Virus record (IMG/VR): IMGVR_UViG_3300032373_001148
Location: 1-57,158 of that record
Strand: one strand, 5' to 3'
DNA from: a virus
Taxonomy: Duplodnaviria > Caudoviricetes
Length of the DNA stretch: 57,158 bases
Positions within the stretch are counted from its first letter, which is position 1, and each line of letters starts with the position of its first letter. The notes beneath the pieces were generated by a model, which was not told the origin of the DNA, searched no databases, and saw only the letters and a list, made by a program, of their open reading frames with translations. Position numbers and translations under genes: made by a program. Shown here piece by piece: positions 19,019-29,442 of the stretch.

Positions 19019-19091
19019 GCTTTGCTTCCCCCTGTATCCTTGATCCGATGTCATCGCGCCATGTTCTCCGTTGGGCTGTCGGGCTGGCCTA

Positions 19092-20576
19092 TCATGGGTT
19101 CACCATGGCATTAGCTGGGGGCACATTCGACCCACCCGTGTAAGCGACAACATCCAGTGAATATGAAAGAGACCCCGTAAGAGTTGCATCTGTAATTTTT
19201 AGCCCCGTTGCCGTGACGAGGCAGTTCGTTCCTGGGACCATTGTTGTGGCGCCAACGGTGAGAGTTCCAGCTTTATCAGGGGCCATACCGAGGATTATAA
19301 AGGCGTTGTCTGCTGTGCCATTACAGACCACCGTACCTGTCTGCGGTGTGCTTGGCACTTTTGGCGAACGGGCGGGCAGGTTGTTGGTGCAAACATTTTT
19401 GAATGTGCCTGACGATGTTGAAAAATCTGCCAGCGTGGTTGTAGCCCAAAAACCGTTAATGCACGGAATCACATCAGCAGCAACGTTCGTAAATGATGCA
19501 CCTGTACCAGCCTCCGGATCGCCTTCCCAAGGCACCCCGTTCTTGCCTAACCATATTTTCCCTAATCCATCTCCACCGGAAAGATCGCCCCAGACATCCA
19601 CAAAATCACCATCGGCATAAGCCGTGGATGAAAGTAATGTGTATCCAGCATTTCCTTTGCGGATATCTAACACATCGTGGCGCTCAGCCACCACCCAATA
19701 GCCCGATCCGGCACCGAATTCTGCATCTAGTGCGGGGGTCGCAGCAATTTCAGCTTTGCTGACGACTCCCACTTGCAGCCTACCTGCTGCACCGTTTGCG
19801 ACGGCTTTAACCCTGAAGTAAAACTTCTCCGGGCAATACAAATCCGCAAATGTTCCGGCCCAACCCGTCGCATGTGTAACGGATAAATTACCATTAGAAT
19901 ATGTTGGTTGTAGCGCTGTGAATGCCCCGTCCCCGGCAGGGTGCAAAGGGTTCCACGTCGCACAACGGTTCGTCGGCGTTGACGTAACTTGGCTTATCCC
20001 ACCTACAACGGTGTAAGCACCGCCAGTGCCAGAGTTGGTGCCCATTGTGCCACTGTTCTTGAACTCCAGCAGCGTGTGTGGCGTGCCAGCAGGATGAGTG
20101 TAAACATAGTTCGGCGTTGCGCTGTCCAACTTAACGCCATTCAACGCTTCAGAAGTGCCATCCCAAAACGTGACTTCAGCAAGCCCTACCGACGAGAAGT
20201 TTATGCCGTCATAACCCCACTTCGGGTTGACGATGGAAGCCGTTGCATAAGTCCCGACGCCCGTTACGGGGTCAAGCCCAACCCACGCGCCAGTAGCGTT
20301 CCAAAAAATGTTATACCAAGCATTGTCGCGGTACACAGATGTGGAAGTTAGGCCGTTAATCACAAGCTGATTGCTGGCATTGAAGTAAATGCTCGTACCG
20401 AGAACTGGCTGGACCACGCCGTCTTTAAACTTGCACACGCGCACGCAACCAGAGTGCGTTGCAGCCGTGGTGTGCGTGATAGTTAGTCCGCCAGTAGAGC
20501 CATCAAACAGGGCGGCGTTGGCGATGTTGTAGGTTTTCATGGAGCCAATAAATTGTGGGGCGAGAAGCATACCCAT
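19092..20576 (-). CDS. Putative receptor-binding/tail fibre protein (lectin/SPRY-like)
   Basis: Beta-rich; TPTNRCATWNPL and IWLGKNGVPW motifs; TAATG coupling to the upstream gene. Confidence 0.6.
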   Translation of the reverse strand: MGMLLAPQFIGSMKTYNIANAALFDGSTGGLTITHTTAATHSGCVRVCKFKDGVVQPVLGTSIYFNASNQLVINGLTSTSVYRDNAWYNIFWNATGAWVGLDPVTGVGTYATASIVNPKWGYDGINFSSVGLAEVTFWDGTSEALNGVKLDSATPNYVYTHPAGTPHTLLEFKNSGTMGTNSGTGGAYTVVGGISQVTSTPTNRCATWNPLHPAGDGAFTALQPTYSNGNLSVTHATGWAGTFADLYCPEKFYFRVKAVANGAAGRLQVGVVSKAEIAATPALDAEFGAGSGYWVVAERHDVLDIRKGNAGYTLLSSTAYADGDFVDVWGDLSGGDGLGKIWLGKNGVPWEGDPEAGTGASFTNVAADVIPCINGFWATTTLADFSTSSGTFKNVCTNNLPARSPKVPSTPQTGTVVCNGTADNAFIILGMAPDKAGTLTVGATTMVPGTNCLVTATGLKITDATLTGSLSYSLDVVAYTGGSNVPPANAMVNP

Positions 20577-21985
20577 TATGAAATAACTCCCGCCAAGGTG
20601 AAGCGGGCGCCGCCACCCGCAATCGTTGATCCGGCCTGCGTACACTTGAACGTGATCCGATCCCCCGCCGCAATCGTCGTTGTGGATAGGGTGCCCGCCG
20701 TTCCGGCGTTCGCCAGAGCCGCGACCTGGGGCTTGATGGAATAGACACTCACACCGTTCTTTTCTATATCGAACACAGCCGCCAATCCTGTTGGGGCCGT
20801 GTCCATATAAAGCTGCTCTCCGGTTAACGTGATGGCGCGTGGTGCGATCAGTGTACTGTAGGTCTGCACCACCAAATCTTCCGCCGTCATGGTATTGTCG
20901 AAGCCCGCGATCATGGCGATGTCATAGGCTTTGGCATCGGCAGCGAGTTTTGCAATTGTAACTGCCGCTGCGGCTAAATCACCAGTGGCGATGTTACCGC
21001 TCGATCCATCAATCCCAAGATTTGATCGCGAAGCTGATGCGCTTGCAAGTCCAGCAAGGTTTTCAGATTTTTTCATGTCGCCCAGGGGGCGCTTAATCCA
21101 AGTGATTGCGGTGGTTCCAAGCGTGCCGCCAGGGTCAACCGTGCAGGTCCATTCTGTGTCGGAATAAGTGGTGCCTTGCTCAACATTCACGGTTGCGCTG
21201 ACGTGTTCATCCCAGGTGTCCAAGGGGACTGCTCGTACCCATGACCCAGCGCTAGACACGTATATGCCGTTTTCTTCCGTTGCCGTCTGCCCCGTGACCA
21301 AAACGCGGCTGGCGCTGGTCAAAACACCATCAATGGTTTGTTCGCCAGTTAGAGATATATTGGATGTCGCCACGACGGCAACCGGTGCCTTCCAGGAAAT
21401 GCCGTTGGCGGCGGCCTCTGCGGCGGCTTGGGCGTTCTGGGCGGATGTGACGTTACTCCCCGTCGTCACGACATCAGCATGCGTCAAGACAACATCTGCG
21501 TTCGTTAAAACCACATCTGCGGCCGCCGCGCTTGCAGAAGCCGCCGCCGCGGCTGCATATGAAGCCCCAGCGCTATACGAAGCCCCAACAATACGGAAGT
21601 TTGTGCCATTATGGCGCAACGAAACAACGGAACCAGCAGGAAAGTCACCAGCCGCAGGGTCATTTCCGGCATAGTCCTTGATCGAAACAACGCCAAGCTC
21701 ATTGACGTCAACCGTACAGGGGCCTGTGTTGGTGTTTCCATCACCGACCTTCATATTAACCAGAAGTCCATCACCGTATGCAGATGGCGCATGTGGCAAT
21801 GTAACGACATAAACATCAGCCGCACCGGAATCCACGGCGTAATTAATTTTGCCTTGCTTGATATTGGCTTCGGTCGGCAGCTTATCAAACGCAGCTTCCG
21901 TTTTGGTTTCCGTATTATTGGGAACAGAGGCGCGCGCCAAGACATACTTTGATGTCACTGTCGGGCTGAAATAACCGTTACTCAT
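20576..21985 (-). CDS. Tail fibre protein
   Basis: ADVVLT repeats, Ala-rich stalk, SRVLVTGQTATEENGIYV module. Confidence 0.75.
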   Translation of the reverse strand: MSNGYFSPTVTSKYVLARASVPNNTETKTEAAFDKLPTEANIKQGKINYAVDSGAADVYVVTLPHAPSAYGDGLLVNMKVGDGNTNTGPCTVDVNELGVVSIKDYAGNDPAAGDFPAGSVVSLRHNGTNFRIVGASYSAGASYAAAAAASASAAAADVVLTNADVVLTHADVVTTGSNVTSAQNAQAAAEAAANGISWKAPVAVVATSNISLTGEQTIDGVLTSASRVLVTGQTATEENGIYVSSAGSWVRAVPLDTWDEHVSATVNVEQGTTYSDTEWTCTVDPGGTLGTTAITWIKRPLGDMKKSENLAGLASASASRSNLGIDGSSGNIATGDLAAAAVTIAKLAADAKAYDIAMIAGFDNTMTAEDLVVQTYSTLIAPRAITLTGEQLYMDTAPTGLAAVFDIEKNGVSVYSIKPQVAALANAGTAGTLSTTTIAAGDRITFKCTQAGSTIAGGGARFTLAGVIS

Positions 21986-24054
21986 TTTTTAAGTCCCCTA
22001 TAGGAGAAATGAAGCGTGACCCCGTTCAGCGTATGGGGCTCTTCATAAGTGCCCGTCGAGCTGATCGCCAAGCTCACGTTTGCGCCAAGACCAGGAAGGT
22101 CGGCTTTGGCGCGCCCAACCACCTGGGCAGACCAATAAAACTGATTCCAAATGGCCTCATCCCAGAACCCGCCGCCGCCAGCCACATCAAAGTCTTCATC
22201 CGTTGCTGTGGGTTGGTCGGCATCGCCATAGTCAAAATCGGGGGCAATCTGAATGGAAATACCGGGCGCAGACTCAAGCTCCAGAATGGCTTGCAGAAAG
22301 CGCTTGTTGCGGGTTGGTGAACCAAGGTGGTTGTAGGAGAGCCGGATAAAGGCCTGGACCTCCGCACCATCAAAGCTGGTGCCTTTGTCGGCCCGATAGA
22401 CATACCCATCAGTCGACCCAAACAAAAGCCACTCGGTTCCGTCCGCGTCTTTAACGCTGCTTGCACACTTTACAGTGAGTCCGTAATTCAACGGCATGTA
22501 TTGGGGGTATTTGCCATTCAAATCCATGGCAAGAATAGAGCCATCTGACCAAAACAGGCGATATTGGTTTTTGTCTCGAACCCGCATAGAAGCGGTCACA
22601 TAAGCGTTTGATTTTTTCTTTGTCCGAAACCATGGATACACATTGGCCGACAGCCCTCCGAGCCTAAAATCACCATAGGCTTGGGTGGTTTGCATATCTG
22701 TCACGCCCTGGCCATCGAAGGCGACGGGCTTACCTGGGCGCTGAATGGTCCACTCCACCGCGCCGTTTTCTTCCAAAGGCGTTTGCAGTGACCAATCCGA
22801 TGTATCGTTTCCATAAAGGACGCTGGTCTTGTTGGCGCCGTAGATCAACATAACGCCGCCGACACCTGATAAGAACCCCGTGACCTCTTGACCAAAACCA
22901 AACTCAGCCGCGCCGCTCAAGATGGACCAAACATAGGGCGTGCCAATGCCGCTGTGCTGAACCGATCCGTTATCGAACGAGAAAAACAGATGGTTTCGAT
23001 GTGCGGCAACATGGGTTGGCGTGTCTGTTGCCATGCCTGTGTGAATCGGCACAAACACGCTTCCGTCCCACTCGAACCCTTTGGATACACCATCCACGCC
23101 GTACATGCGCTTGGTTATTGCTGATCCATAAAAGTTGTTGGTTATAAATTCAAAGCGCCCGGAAGGTTGCAGTGTGTTTTCCGTGCTGTCACCGGCGATA
23201 GTTGCAAGATTTGTTGATGCACCAACATTTAAGTTTTCGGCCTGAAACGTCCCAACCTTGGTGTAGAGGATCATCCACCCTGCGGCGTCACCACCCGCCC
23301 ACGTTCCAGATGTCACCTGAATGCATTTAACCACTGCCGTAGCGCCTGATGTTGCGCCCGTGACGGTATCGGCTTCGGAAATCTCCGTGGTGCCACCACT
23401 GGTGAACTCAATCCGGTTTCCAAGGTCACATTCCATCCAACCAGACGCGCTGGAAACATACATCTTGGCCGTTGCGCCACCGGTCGCATTGCGGAAAGCA
23501 TAGTTCTTGCTGTTGTAGCGCCAAACACCAAGGATATCACCATCCCCTGGCACCGTGCTGATATTGGTCCTAGCGGTTTCAATGGCATCTTGGAACCATG
23601 TCGCGTCGTCCGTGTCGTTATCGGCGCCCCGCAGAACAGGGGAGCCATCAGCCACGCATTTGGTTGAGGCTGATACCTGAATGTCTTCATTGTCCTGAAA
23701 CGTGCCGGACACTTCGCTCAGCACCAAATACCCAGCACCATCACTACCAGCATATGAACCGCTCTCAAGCACCCCAGCGATCAAGGCCACACCCGTTGCG
23801 CCCGACGTCGCGCCGGTAACCGTGTCGCCTTCAGCAATGGCTGCGACACCTGCATCAAAGTTGATCAGGTAGTATGTTGCTTCTGAAGGCTGGGTATGGC
23901 CGTCGTAGCGCTCAAACCCATCCGTGCGGCGATAGCCTTCCGGACGGGGTTCATAGTTTTCCGCTGCGATGACATGACCGCCCACTTTGGTAATGGCCGG
24001 AGTAACCAGATCCAAACCACCGCCAAACGGGAAATACTTCGTTTCGCGGCTCAT
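21982..24054 (-). CDS. Tail nozzle/stabilisation protein
   Basis: 690 aa, beta-rich, follows the adaptor gene; N-terminal FGGGLDL. Confidence 0.65.
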   Translation of the reverse strand: MSRETKYFPFGGGLDLVTPAITKVGGHVIAAENYEPRPEGYRRTDGFERYDGHTQPSEATYYLINFDAGVAAIAEGDTVTGATSGATGVALIAGVLESGSYAGSDGAGYLVLSEVSGTFQDNEDIQVSASTKCVADGSPVLRGADNDTDDATWFQDAIETARTNISTVPGDGDILGVWRYNSKNYAFRNATGGATAKMYVSSASGWMECDLGNRIEFTSGGTTEISEADTVTGATSGATAVVKCIQVTSGTWAGGDAAGWMILYTKVGTFQAENLNVGASTNLATIAGDSTENTLQPSGRFEFITNNFYGSAITKRMYGVDGVSKGFEWDGSVFVPIHTGMATDTPTHVAAHRNHLFFSFDNGSVQHSGIGTPYVWSILSGAAEFGFGQEVTGFLSGVGGVMLIYGANKTSVLYGNDTSDWSLQTPLEENGAVEWTIQRPGKPVAFDGQGVTDMQTTQAYGDFRLGGLSANVYPWFRTKKKSNAYVTASMRVRDKNQYRLFWSDGSILAMDLNGKYPQYMPLNYGLTVKCASSVKDADGTEWLLFGSTDGYVYRADKGTSFDGAEVQAFIRLSYNHLGSPTRNKRFLQAILELESAPGISIQIAPDFDYGDADQPTATDEDFDVAGGGGFWDEAIWNQFYWSAQVVGRAKADLPGLGANVSLAISSTGTYEEPHTLNGVTLHFSYRGLKK

Positions 24055-24746
24055 GCCAGTGGCTCACTGCCAATGGTGATGCGCGGCAGCTGATCGCGCT
24101 CCAGATCGAACATCATTTTTGCATAGTTTGATTTGGCCTCAACATATCCAACCGATCCCTCATCGAAGGCGTTCAGATACATCAAGGCCCGGTGCAAGAT
24201 AACGTCGTGAAATTGGACGGGGCACTCTGGAATATCTCCATCGACAGACAAGGTCTGAACCGTCTTGTAGTATTCCCCGTTGACCACATAGGTTCCGTCC
24301 GGAATGGGCCCCAGACAGAATTCATTCTGTGGACTGATGGCAAATTGTGACGGTTTATTGTTGATCTGAGACCCGCGCCCATACCGCACTCGCCAGTCGC
24401 CCCAACCGATGTGGTCAATCTCCCCTTCATCGGAAACGCCCGTCGATTGAAGATAAAGCGTTGTAACGCGCTTTTCCGTCACCCAGCTGGAAAAATCCGT
24501 AATGTTCCAGCCCGCGGGCGTGTACTTCGCCGTGCCCGACGAAGTCTCTTTGTCCGTGAACTCCTTGCGCATCCACAGCCATGCCCCAGCATGAGCATTT
24601 TGGATATCCGTCCAGGCGTCATTGACCCATATCACGATGTCATTCAAACGGCCCGTCTGCCCGGTCACGGCAACAGGCTGGCCTGAACCGGACACGGTTC
24701 CGCTCTTGCTGGCGACTTTTTGGCAAAGCTCAAGATAGGTCGACAT
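24051..24746 (-). CDS. Tail adaptor/gatekeeper protein
   Basis: MSTYLELCQKV N-terminus, LGPIPDGTY motif; position. Confidence 0.65.
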   Translation of the reverse strand: MSTYLELCQKVASKSGTVSGSGQPVAVTGQTGRLNDIVIWVNDAWTDIQNAHAGAWLWMRKEFTDKETSSGTAKYTPAGWNITDFSSWVTEKRVTTLYLQSTGVSDEGEIDHIGWGDWRVRYGRGSQINNKPSQFAISPQNEFCLGPIPDGTYVVNGEYYKTVQTLSVDGDIPECPVQFHDVILHRALMYLNAFDEGSVGYVEAKSNYAKMMFDLERDQLPRITIGSEPLA

Positions 24747-24761
24747 CGTCTATCCTTTGGA

Positions 24762-25244
24762 TCAAGAGACGCGACGGAACGGATAGGCGTGGGCCTGACG
24801 CGGAACCATTTCCCCAGGCTGTCCATTAGCGGCTGGCTTCTGGTCATAGACGGTGCGGATGGCGTTCCCCAAGACGTGCTCGTAACACTTGCGGACACGC
24901 ACATCTTCGCCGCGCGGAATCCACATGCCGCGACCATTGACGCTGGCCCATACAGGTTGATCGCCTCCGTCTTCCTCAGTCTTGGCAATGTTGATGGTGA
25001 CAAATTCATCATCATCGACGGCTTCCGATGCTTGCGTTGCAGCCTGTTCAGAAGATTGTGCAGCGGCATCATCTTGAACAATGATGGTGATTTCTTCCTT
25101 GTCCCAGGCGGCGGCGATTTTGGCGCGCAACGTTTCTTCAAGGATCGTGTTCGGGCTGCGTTGGAAACCAAGGTGTTCGACGGCAAACCGCTGCATTTCA
25201 TCCTTGGTGGCATCGGCGAGAAGAATTGTTTTTGTCTTGAGCAT
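24762..25244 (-). CDS. Hypothetical phage protein
   Basis: VWASVNGRGMWIPRG motif; in the structural operon. Confidence 0.6.
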   Translation of the reverse strand: MLKTKTILLADATKDEMQRFAVEHLGFQRSPNTILEETLRAKIAAAWDKEEITIIVQDDAAAQSSEQAATQASEAVDDDEFVTINIAKTEEDGGDQPVWASVNGRGMWIPRGEDVRVRKCYEHVLGNAIRTVYDQKPAANGQPGEMVPRQAHAYPFRRVS

Positions 25245-25271
25245 GATTTTTCCTAACGGGTTCTGTGGGGG

Positions 25272-25949
25272 TTATTGGGTAAACGTGCGGATGATGTACG
25301 ACAGGTCATCGATCGCGCCGCTCAGGTATGTTTCTTCGTGTTCGAGGGCACGCTTTTGGGTGGATACCGCATTCAAACGGGCCTTGAGCTCCACCATGCG
25401 TGCATCAAGTTTGACGGCCATTGGGGAAGGCTTGTCTATGGCATATGTCCGACGCGGAATGTTCAAATCGGATACGTCCGGAATGGTGACCTTGATGCCA
25501 CGCCGACGCGCCAGATCAACGAAGTGCAGCACGCCCCATCTCTGCTCGGCGTATTCCGTGCTTTGGGCCATATCAACGCCATACAGCGCAATTTCTTCGG
25601 GGCTTTGCTCAATGGCAAATGCCATCATCCAAGAAATTGATGACGTTAAAAATTCAGTACCGTATTCACTTTTGAGGTGTTTGTGTGGGAACGGCTGGAA
25701 GGCCGGAATGTCTGCGTCTGGATGTGGAAGATAAACAGGTTTGTCTGTCACACTCTCAAGCATGGCAACAAAATCAGGGAAACCATTTCGGATTGATGTG
25801 AAATCGTGAATTTCAAACCAAGCATCCCACCGGGAGATGTCGATATTTCCAGTGGAGCATGCCCAAATCGTCCAGGACTCATCACCTAACGGCGCAAGAT
25901 TCCTGGACGATGGGGCGGTGCCAACAATGGCGATCTTCAGTCCGCTCAT
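25272..25949 (-). CDS. Rossmann-like protein, possibly glycosyltransferase-like
   Basis: KIAIVGTAPS...TSSISWMMAFAI...EIALYGVDM. Confidence 0.45.
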   Translation of the reverse strand: MSGLKIAIVGTAPSSRNLAPLGDESWTIWACSTGNIDISRWDAWFEIHDFTSIRNGFPDFVAMLESVTDKPVYLPHPDADIPAFQPFPHKHLKSEYGTEFLTSSISWMMAFAIEQSPEEIALYGVDMAQSTEYAEQRWGVLHFVDLARRRGIKVTIPDVSDLNIPRRTYAIDKPSPMAVKLDARMVELKARLNAVSTQKRALEHEETYLSGAIDDLSYIIRTFTQ

Positions 25950-25955
25950 TGAGTG

Positions 25956-26489
25956 TTAGACCGATGACAAGGCGACAGAGCCGACATTGCTGCTGACGCA
26001 ATAGGCCGCTGTTGTAAGGCCTTCCAATACCAGCGTTTCCGCTGCGGCATTGAACGTCGCCGTGTTGTTGGTGCCATCGAAGGTTCCGGACGCCAGAGTA
26101 ACGGTCTGGGCTGCCGTAGTTGCACCCGTCATGGTGATCACTTTATGAACACCAGCCGCAGGAGCGCCCAAGGTATAGGCCGTTGCAGTGGTGGAGCCCA
26201 ACGTAGTGGTGCCTGTATTGGAGATGTTGGCTTCCGTGCTGCCCGCCGTAACGCCGCATTTGAGTGTGGTCACGGTCAGAGCATCAACCTCACCGCTTGT
26301 GCCCAGCACCAAAGCCTTCGAGGCAGAAGCCACCCCTGCTGTGACACCATCGATAAAGGCAATTTCCGTGGGGCTCAGGCCTTCGATGGCGCCGCCAAGA
26401 TTGCGAAGCGATGTTTCCAAGGCACGCAAATCACCGCGCCCTGCCTGAGCGGCAAGCTGTTTATAGGTCGTAATTGAAAAAGTCGTCAT
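25956..26489 (-). CDS. Putative head fibre/decoration protein
   Basis: Thr/Ala-rich, downstream of the capsid gene. Confidence 0.5.
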   Translation of the reverse strand: MTTFSITTYKQLAAQAGRGDLRALETSLRNLGGAIEGLSPTEIAFIDGVTAGVASASKALVLGTSGEVDALTVTTLKCGVTAGSTEANISNTGTTTLGSTTATAYTLGAPAAGVHKVITMTGATTAAQTVTLASGTFDGTNNTATFNAAAETLVLEGLTTAAYCVSSNVGSVALSSV

Positions 26490-26572
26490 GGTTCGGTTCC
26501 TTCCGAATTGGTGTTGAAACACAAACGGCCCCCCCAAGGAGGCCGCCCGCGTTTAAGTGTTTGGAGTGTGGC

Positions 26573-27106
26573 TTAACGCCAAGCCGACCAAGCGATAAGC
26601 TTGGCGTCGGTGCTGACAGCACTTGCCAGAGTGAAGCCCTTGCTGTTGGACGCCGAGGAGCCCAGATAAGCCGAAAGACCCGTGTCCGAAGCAACTTCGG
26701 TGTCAACGTCCACACCCTGATTGGCCGTAGCCGCACCGGTAGCGTCGTTGGTGCCCGAAGAGCCTTCGTAATAGATGCTTTCGCTGGTGAAGGTTCCGGT
26801 TTCAGTTTCAGCGCTCAGGATCAACGTGCCTGCGGCATCGCCACCAGCCCAAGTTCCGGTATCGGCCAGAACGGCAACAACCGTAGCCGTTGCGCCCGAC
26901 GACGCGCCGATGATCTTGTGACCGGCTTTGATTTCGTTGGTGCCGCCAGACGTGAACGCCATGGTTTTAATGGACGGAAAGCCAATGTTGATCGGCGTGC
27001 CGTCTGTCAGATTGATGGTTTCGACACGGGAAGGGACAAAACCGACCTCAACATTGATGGCTGCCCCCGTACCGTAAACAAAACCGCTTTTGAATTGCGT
27101 ATCCAT
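26573..27106 (-). CDS. Putative capsid decoration protein
   Basis: Immediately after the major capsid gene; VGFVPSRVETINLT. Confidence 0.55.
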   Translation of the reverse strand: MDTQFKSGFVYGTGAAINVEVGFVPSRVETINLTDGTPINIGFPSIKTMAFTSGGTNEIKAGHKIIGASSGATATVVAVLADTGTWAGGDAAGTLILSAETETGTFTSESIYYEGSSGTNDATGAATANQGVDVDTEVASDTGLSAYLGSSASNSKGFTLASAVSTDAKLIAWSAWR

Positions 27107-27167
27107 TGTGAACTTTCCTTTGCAAAAAGAAGCGAGGGGCCCGGTTAAGGGCCCCACTCAAGTGCTG

Positions 27168-28178
27168 TTAGAGCTGGGTGGCGGCACACTCGATGCGGAC
27201 CATCCAAGCCTCGTTGAGGATTTTGGCGCTAAACCAAGACTTCCAACCGGCATAGCCACGCTGGCCAAGGGGATCGTCCTTGGTCTTCTGTCCAACCGGA
27301 ATGATTGTCGGTTCAACCGCGCCCATGCCTTTCAAAGGCACACAGCCAAAGGCTTCTTTGGCAAACACGATCAACGGATAGACGTCGGCGCTGGTGCCGG
27401 ACGTAGACACCATGGTCGTACCTGACCCGGCTTTTGCCGCGCCGCCATCGGCCCACGATGACAGATCTGGTGACAACACGAAACGAACGCGTTCCACCGA
27501 ACCGACTTCGTATTCACTGATGGTTTTACGGCTGCCGTATTCCGAAACGGGTGTAAAACCGGGAAGGTCGCGAATATCCGGTTCCAAATCCGTGTGACCG
27601 ACCGCCACATAACCTGGCTCGACGGCTTTGGTGCCGTAGTTTTGAGACGGGTCCAAGGTGCGGGTGATCATCATGCCCTTCTGGGCCATGAGGGTTTTGA
27701 CGGCCGCACGAACCTTTGCCAGGGTTACGGAGGTGTTGACATCGGTGCGCTGCGTGCCGTTGGTGTATTCAACTGACGTGCCCGCTTTGACCACGCCATA
27801 GGTCAAGGCTTCCATGGTACGGCCGATGTTTTCACCCAGCTGAACCGACAGGTCATTCAAAACCGGATCGGTCGTGGTGTCTTCAATGACGTCGGTGATT
27901 TCGCCAACTTGGCCGTATTGTTTCAGGGTCGTTGACACGACACTGTAGGTGAATGCGGTCGACGCGGGCGTGACACCTTCAATCAAAGGGGTATCGGCAG
28001 CGGTGAACACGTTGGGGCGCCGGAATTCAATCGTGGTGCCCTTGTTCTTGGGCATCGGCTTGGTCAAGGCCAGCTTGTCGAGAACCGTGACCGGTTCGGC
28101 ATGTTTGAGAATTTGGGTCTCAAAATAAATCACCGTCCCTTTGGACGGCGAAACGTTGGTCGATTTTGTCTGTCCCAT
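27168..28178 (-). CDS. Major capsid protein (N4-gp56-like)
   Basis: PMPKNKGTTIEFRR, LKQYG, DPLGQRGYAGWK. Confidence 0.85.
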   Translation of the reverse strand: MGQTKSTNVSPSKGTVIYFETQILKHAEPVTVLDKLALTKPMPKNKGTTIEFRRPNVFTAADTPLIEGVTPASTAFTYSVVSTTLKQYGQVGEITDVIEDTTTDPVLNDLSVQLGENIGRTMEALTYGVVKAGTSVEYTNGTQRTDVNTSVTLAKVRAAVKTLMAQKGMMITRTLDPSQNYGTKAVEPGYVAVGHTDLEPDIRDLPGFTPVSEYGSRKTISEYEVGSVERVRFVLSPDLSSWADGGAAKAGSGTTMVSTSGTSADVYPLIVFAKEAFGCVPLKGMGAVEPTIIPVGQKTKDDPLGQRGYAGWKSWFSAKILNEAWMVRIECAATQL

Positions 28179-28196
28179 GGGACTGGCTCCTTAAGA

Positions 28197-29195
28197 TTAA
28201 GAAGCCGCCTTCTTTGCGTCCTGAGCAACGAAATACGCAAACGCCGCTTCCGGGTCTTCGGGAACCCCGGTCGTAACCGGAGGAGCACCCTTGGCGCGAG
28301 GAGCGGTGGAGGATTGAAGTTGCAAGGAACGCTTGGCGGCCTGTGTTTTGGCTTTACCGTCCGCATCGTCATTGGCCAGGGCATCGCCTTGGCTTGCGGT
28401 TGTGACGGCGAATGAAGTTTGATCCTTAAAGCGCTGAATCATGTCGATGGCCTCAGCCGGGTCGACAATGTTTTGAGCATTCCGGTTAAAGCCGTCCTGC
28501 ACATAGCGAGGCTGTTGACCGATCCAGGTTGCAAACTCAGTGGATTCCGCGATGGATTCCCACTCAGGATGAGCTTCGGCCAAGCGGTTCAGGTTATCCT
28601 GATACGTCTTGGTGATGACTTGCTGGTCGATCTGGCCTTGCTTGGTGTCAACGGTTGAGACCTTTTGCTTCAGCGTCTTGATTTGGTCCACTTGTGAATT
28701 GAGAACGGCTTTGATGGGGCCTGCGATTTCCGGGTACTCAGATTCAAACACTTGCCAATCTTGGCTGTCGTAGACCTGAGCCGCCTCTTCCGTGGCCTCT
28801 TTCTTGCTGGCTGCGTCCCCAGTCTGGGCGGCGTCCAGTTGTGCTTGCAGTTCATTGAGCTTGCGTTGCAGAGCTGATTCCCGACCGACCGTTGATTTGA
28901 CGGCATGGTCAAGCTTTTCGGCACGCTTGCGTTCGTCCTCATAGGCGGAACGCAGTGGTTCAGGTGCATCGGCCCAGATATCTTTGGATTGATTTGTTTC
29001 GGGTGCCGTTTCTTCTTTGATCTCCGGCGTTACCGGGTCTTCGTCCCTGACCGTGCTGAGATCATCCCCATCGGGCGTATCGCCATTATCGATGGCGACG
29101 AAGTCATTAAACATTTGCTGTTCTTCCGCGTCCGTATCAACGGCGGCGGCAGAGGTTTCAATGTCGGTGGTTTCAGGGGTGGTGTCGACGGTCAT
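28197..29195 (-). CDS. Scaffolding protein
   Basis: Acidic coiled coil directly upstream of the capsid gene. Confidence 0.7.
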   Translation of the reverse strand: MTVDTTPETTDIETSAAAVDTDAEEQQMFNDFVAIDNGDTPDGDDLSTVRDEDPVTPEIKEETAPETNQSKDIWADAPEPLRSAYEDERKRAEKLDHAVKSTVGRESALQRKLNELQAQLDAAQTGDAASKKEATEEAAQVYDSQDWQVFESEYPEIAGPIKAVLNSQVDQIKTLKQKVSTVDTKQGQIDQQVITKTYQDNLNRLAEAHPEWESIAESTEFATWIGQQPRYVQDGFNRNAQNIVDPAEAIDMIQRFKDQTSFAVTTASQGDALANDDADGKAKTQAAKRSLQLQSSTAPRAKGAPPVTTGVPEDPEAAFAYFVAQDAKKAAS

Positions 29196-29235
29196 AGTTT
29201 ATCTCCTGGCGTCCCTATCGGGCGGCCACTGGGGG

Positions 29236-29439
29236 TTAATATCCGGGTCCCGATGACGGGATTTCCGGCTTGTCTTTGGTTTGTGATAAAAGGTTTTTCA
29301 GGGTTGAAATCTTGCCCCGCAGCGCTTCCGTGGCGATGGGGTCCGTACCTTGGGCCTCAACTTGAAGGCGCGCGGATTGCAGCTCTTTCTCAGCCCACTC
29401 TTTGACGTGCGCCCAAGTTTGAGACGTCGGATCAATCAT
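29236..29439 (-). CDS. Small hypothetical protein between portal and scaffold
   Basis: 67 aa, helical, conserved position. Confidence 0.6.
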   Translation of the reverse strand: MIDPTSQTWAHVKEWAEKELQSARLQVEAQGTDPIATEALRGKISTLKNLLSQTKDKPEIPSSGPGY

Positions 29440-29442
29440 GGC

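Noticed and set aside
19092-21985. Diversity-generating retroelement or invertible tail-fibre cassette
   Set aside because: No reverse transcriptase gene, template/variable repeat pair or flanking inverted repeats were seen.
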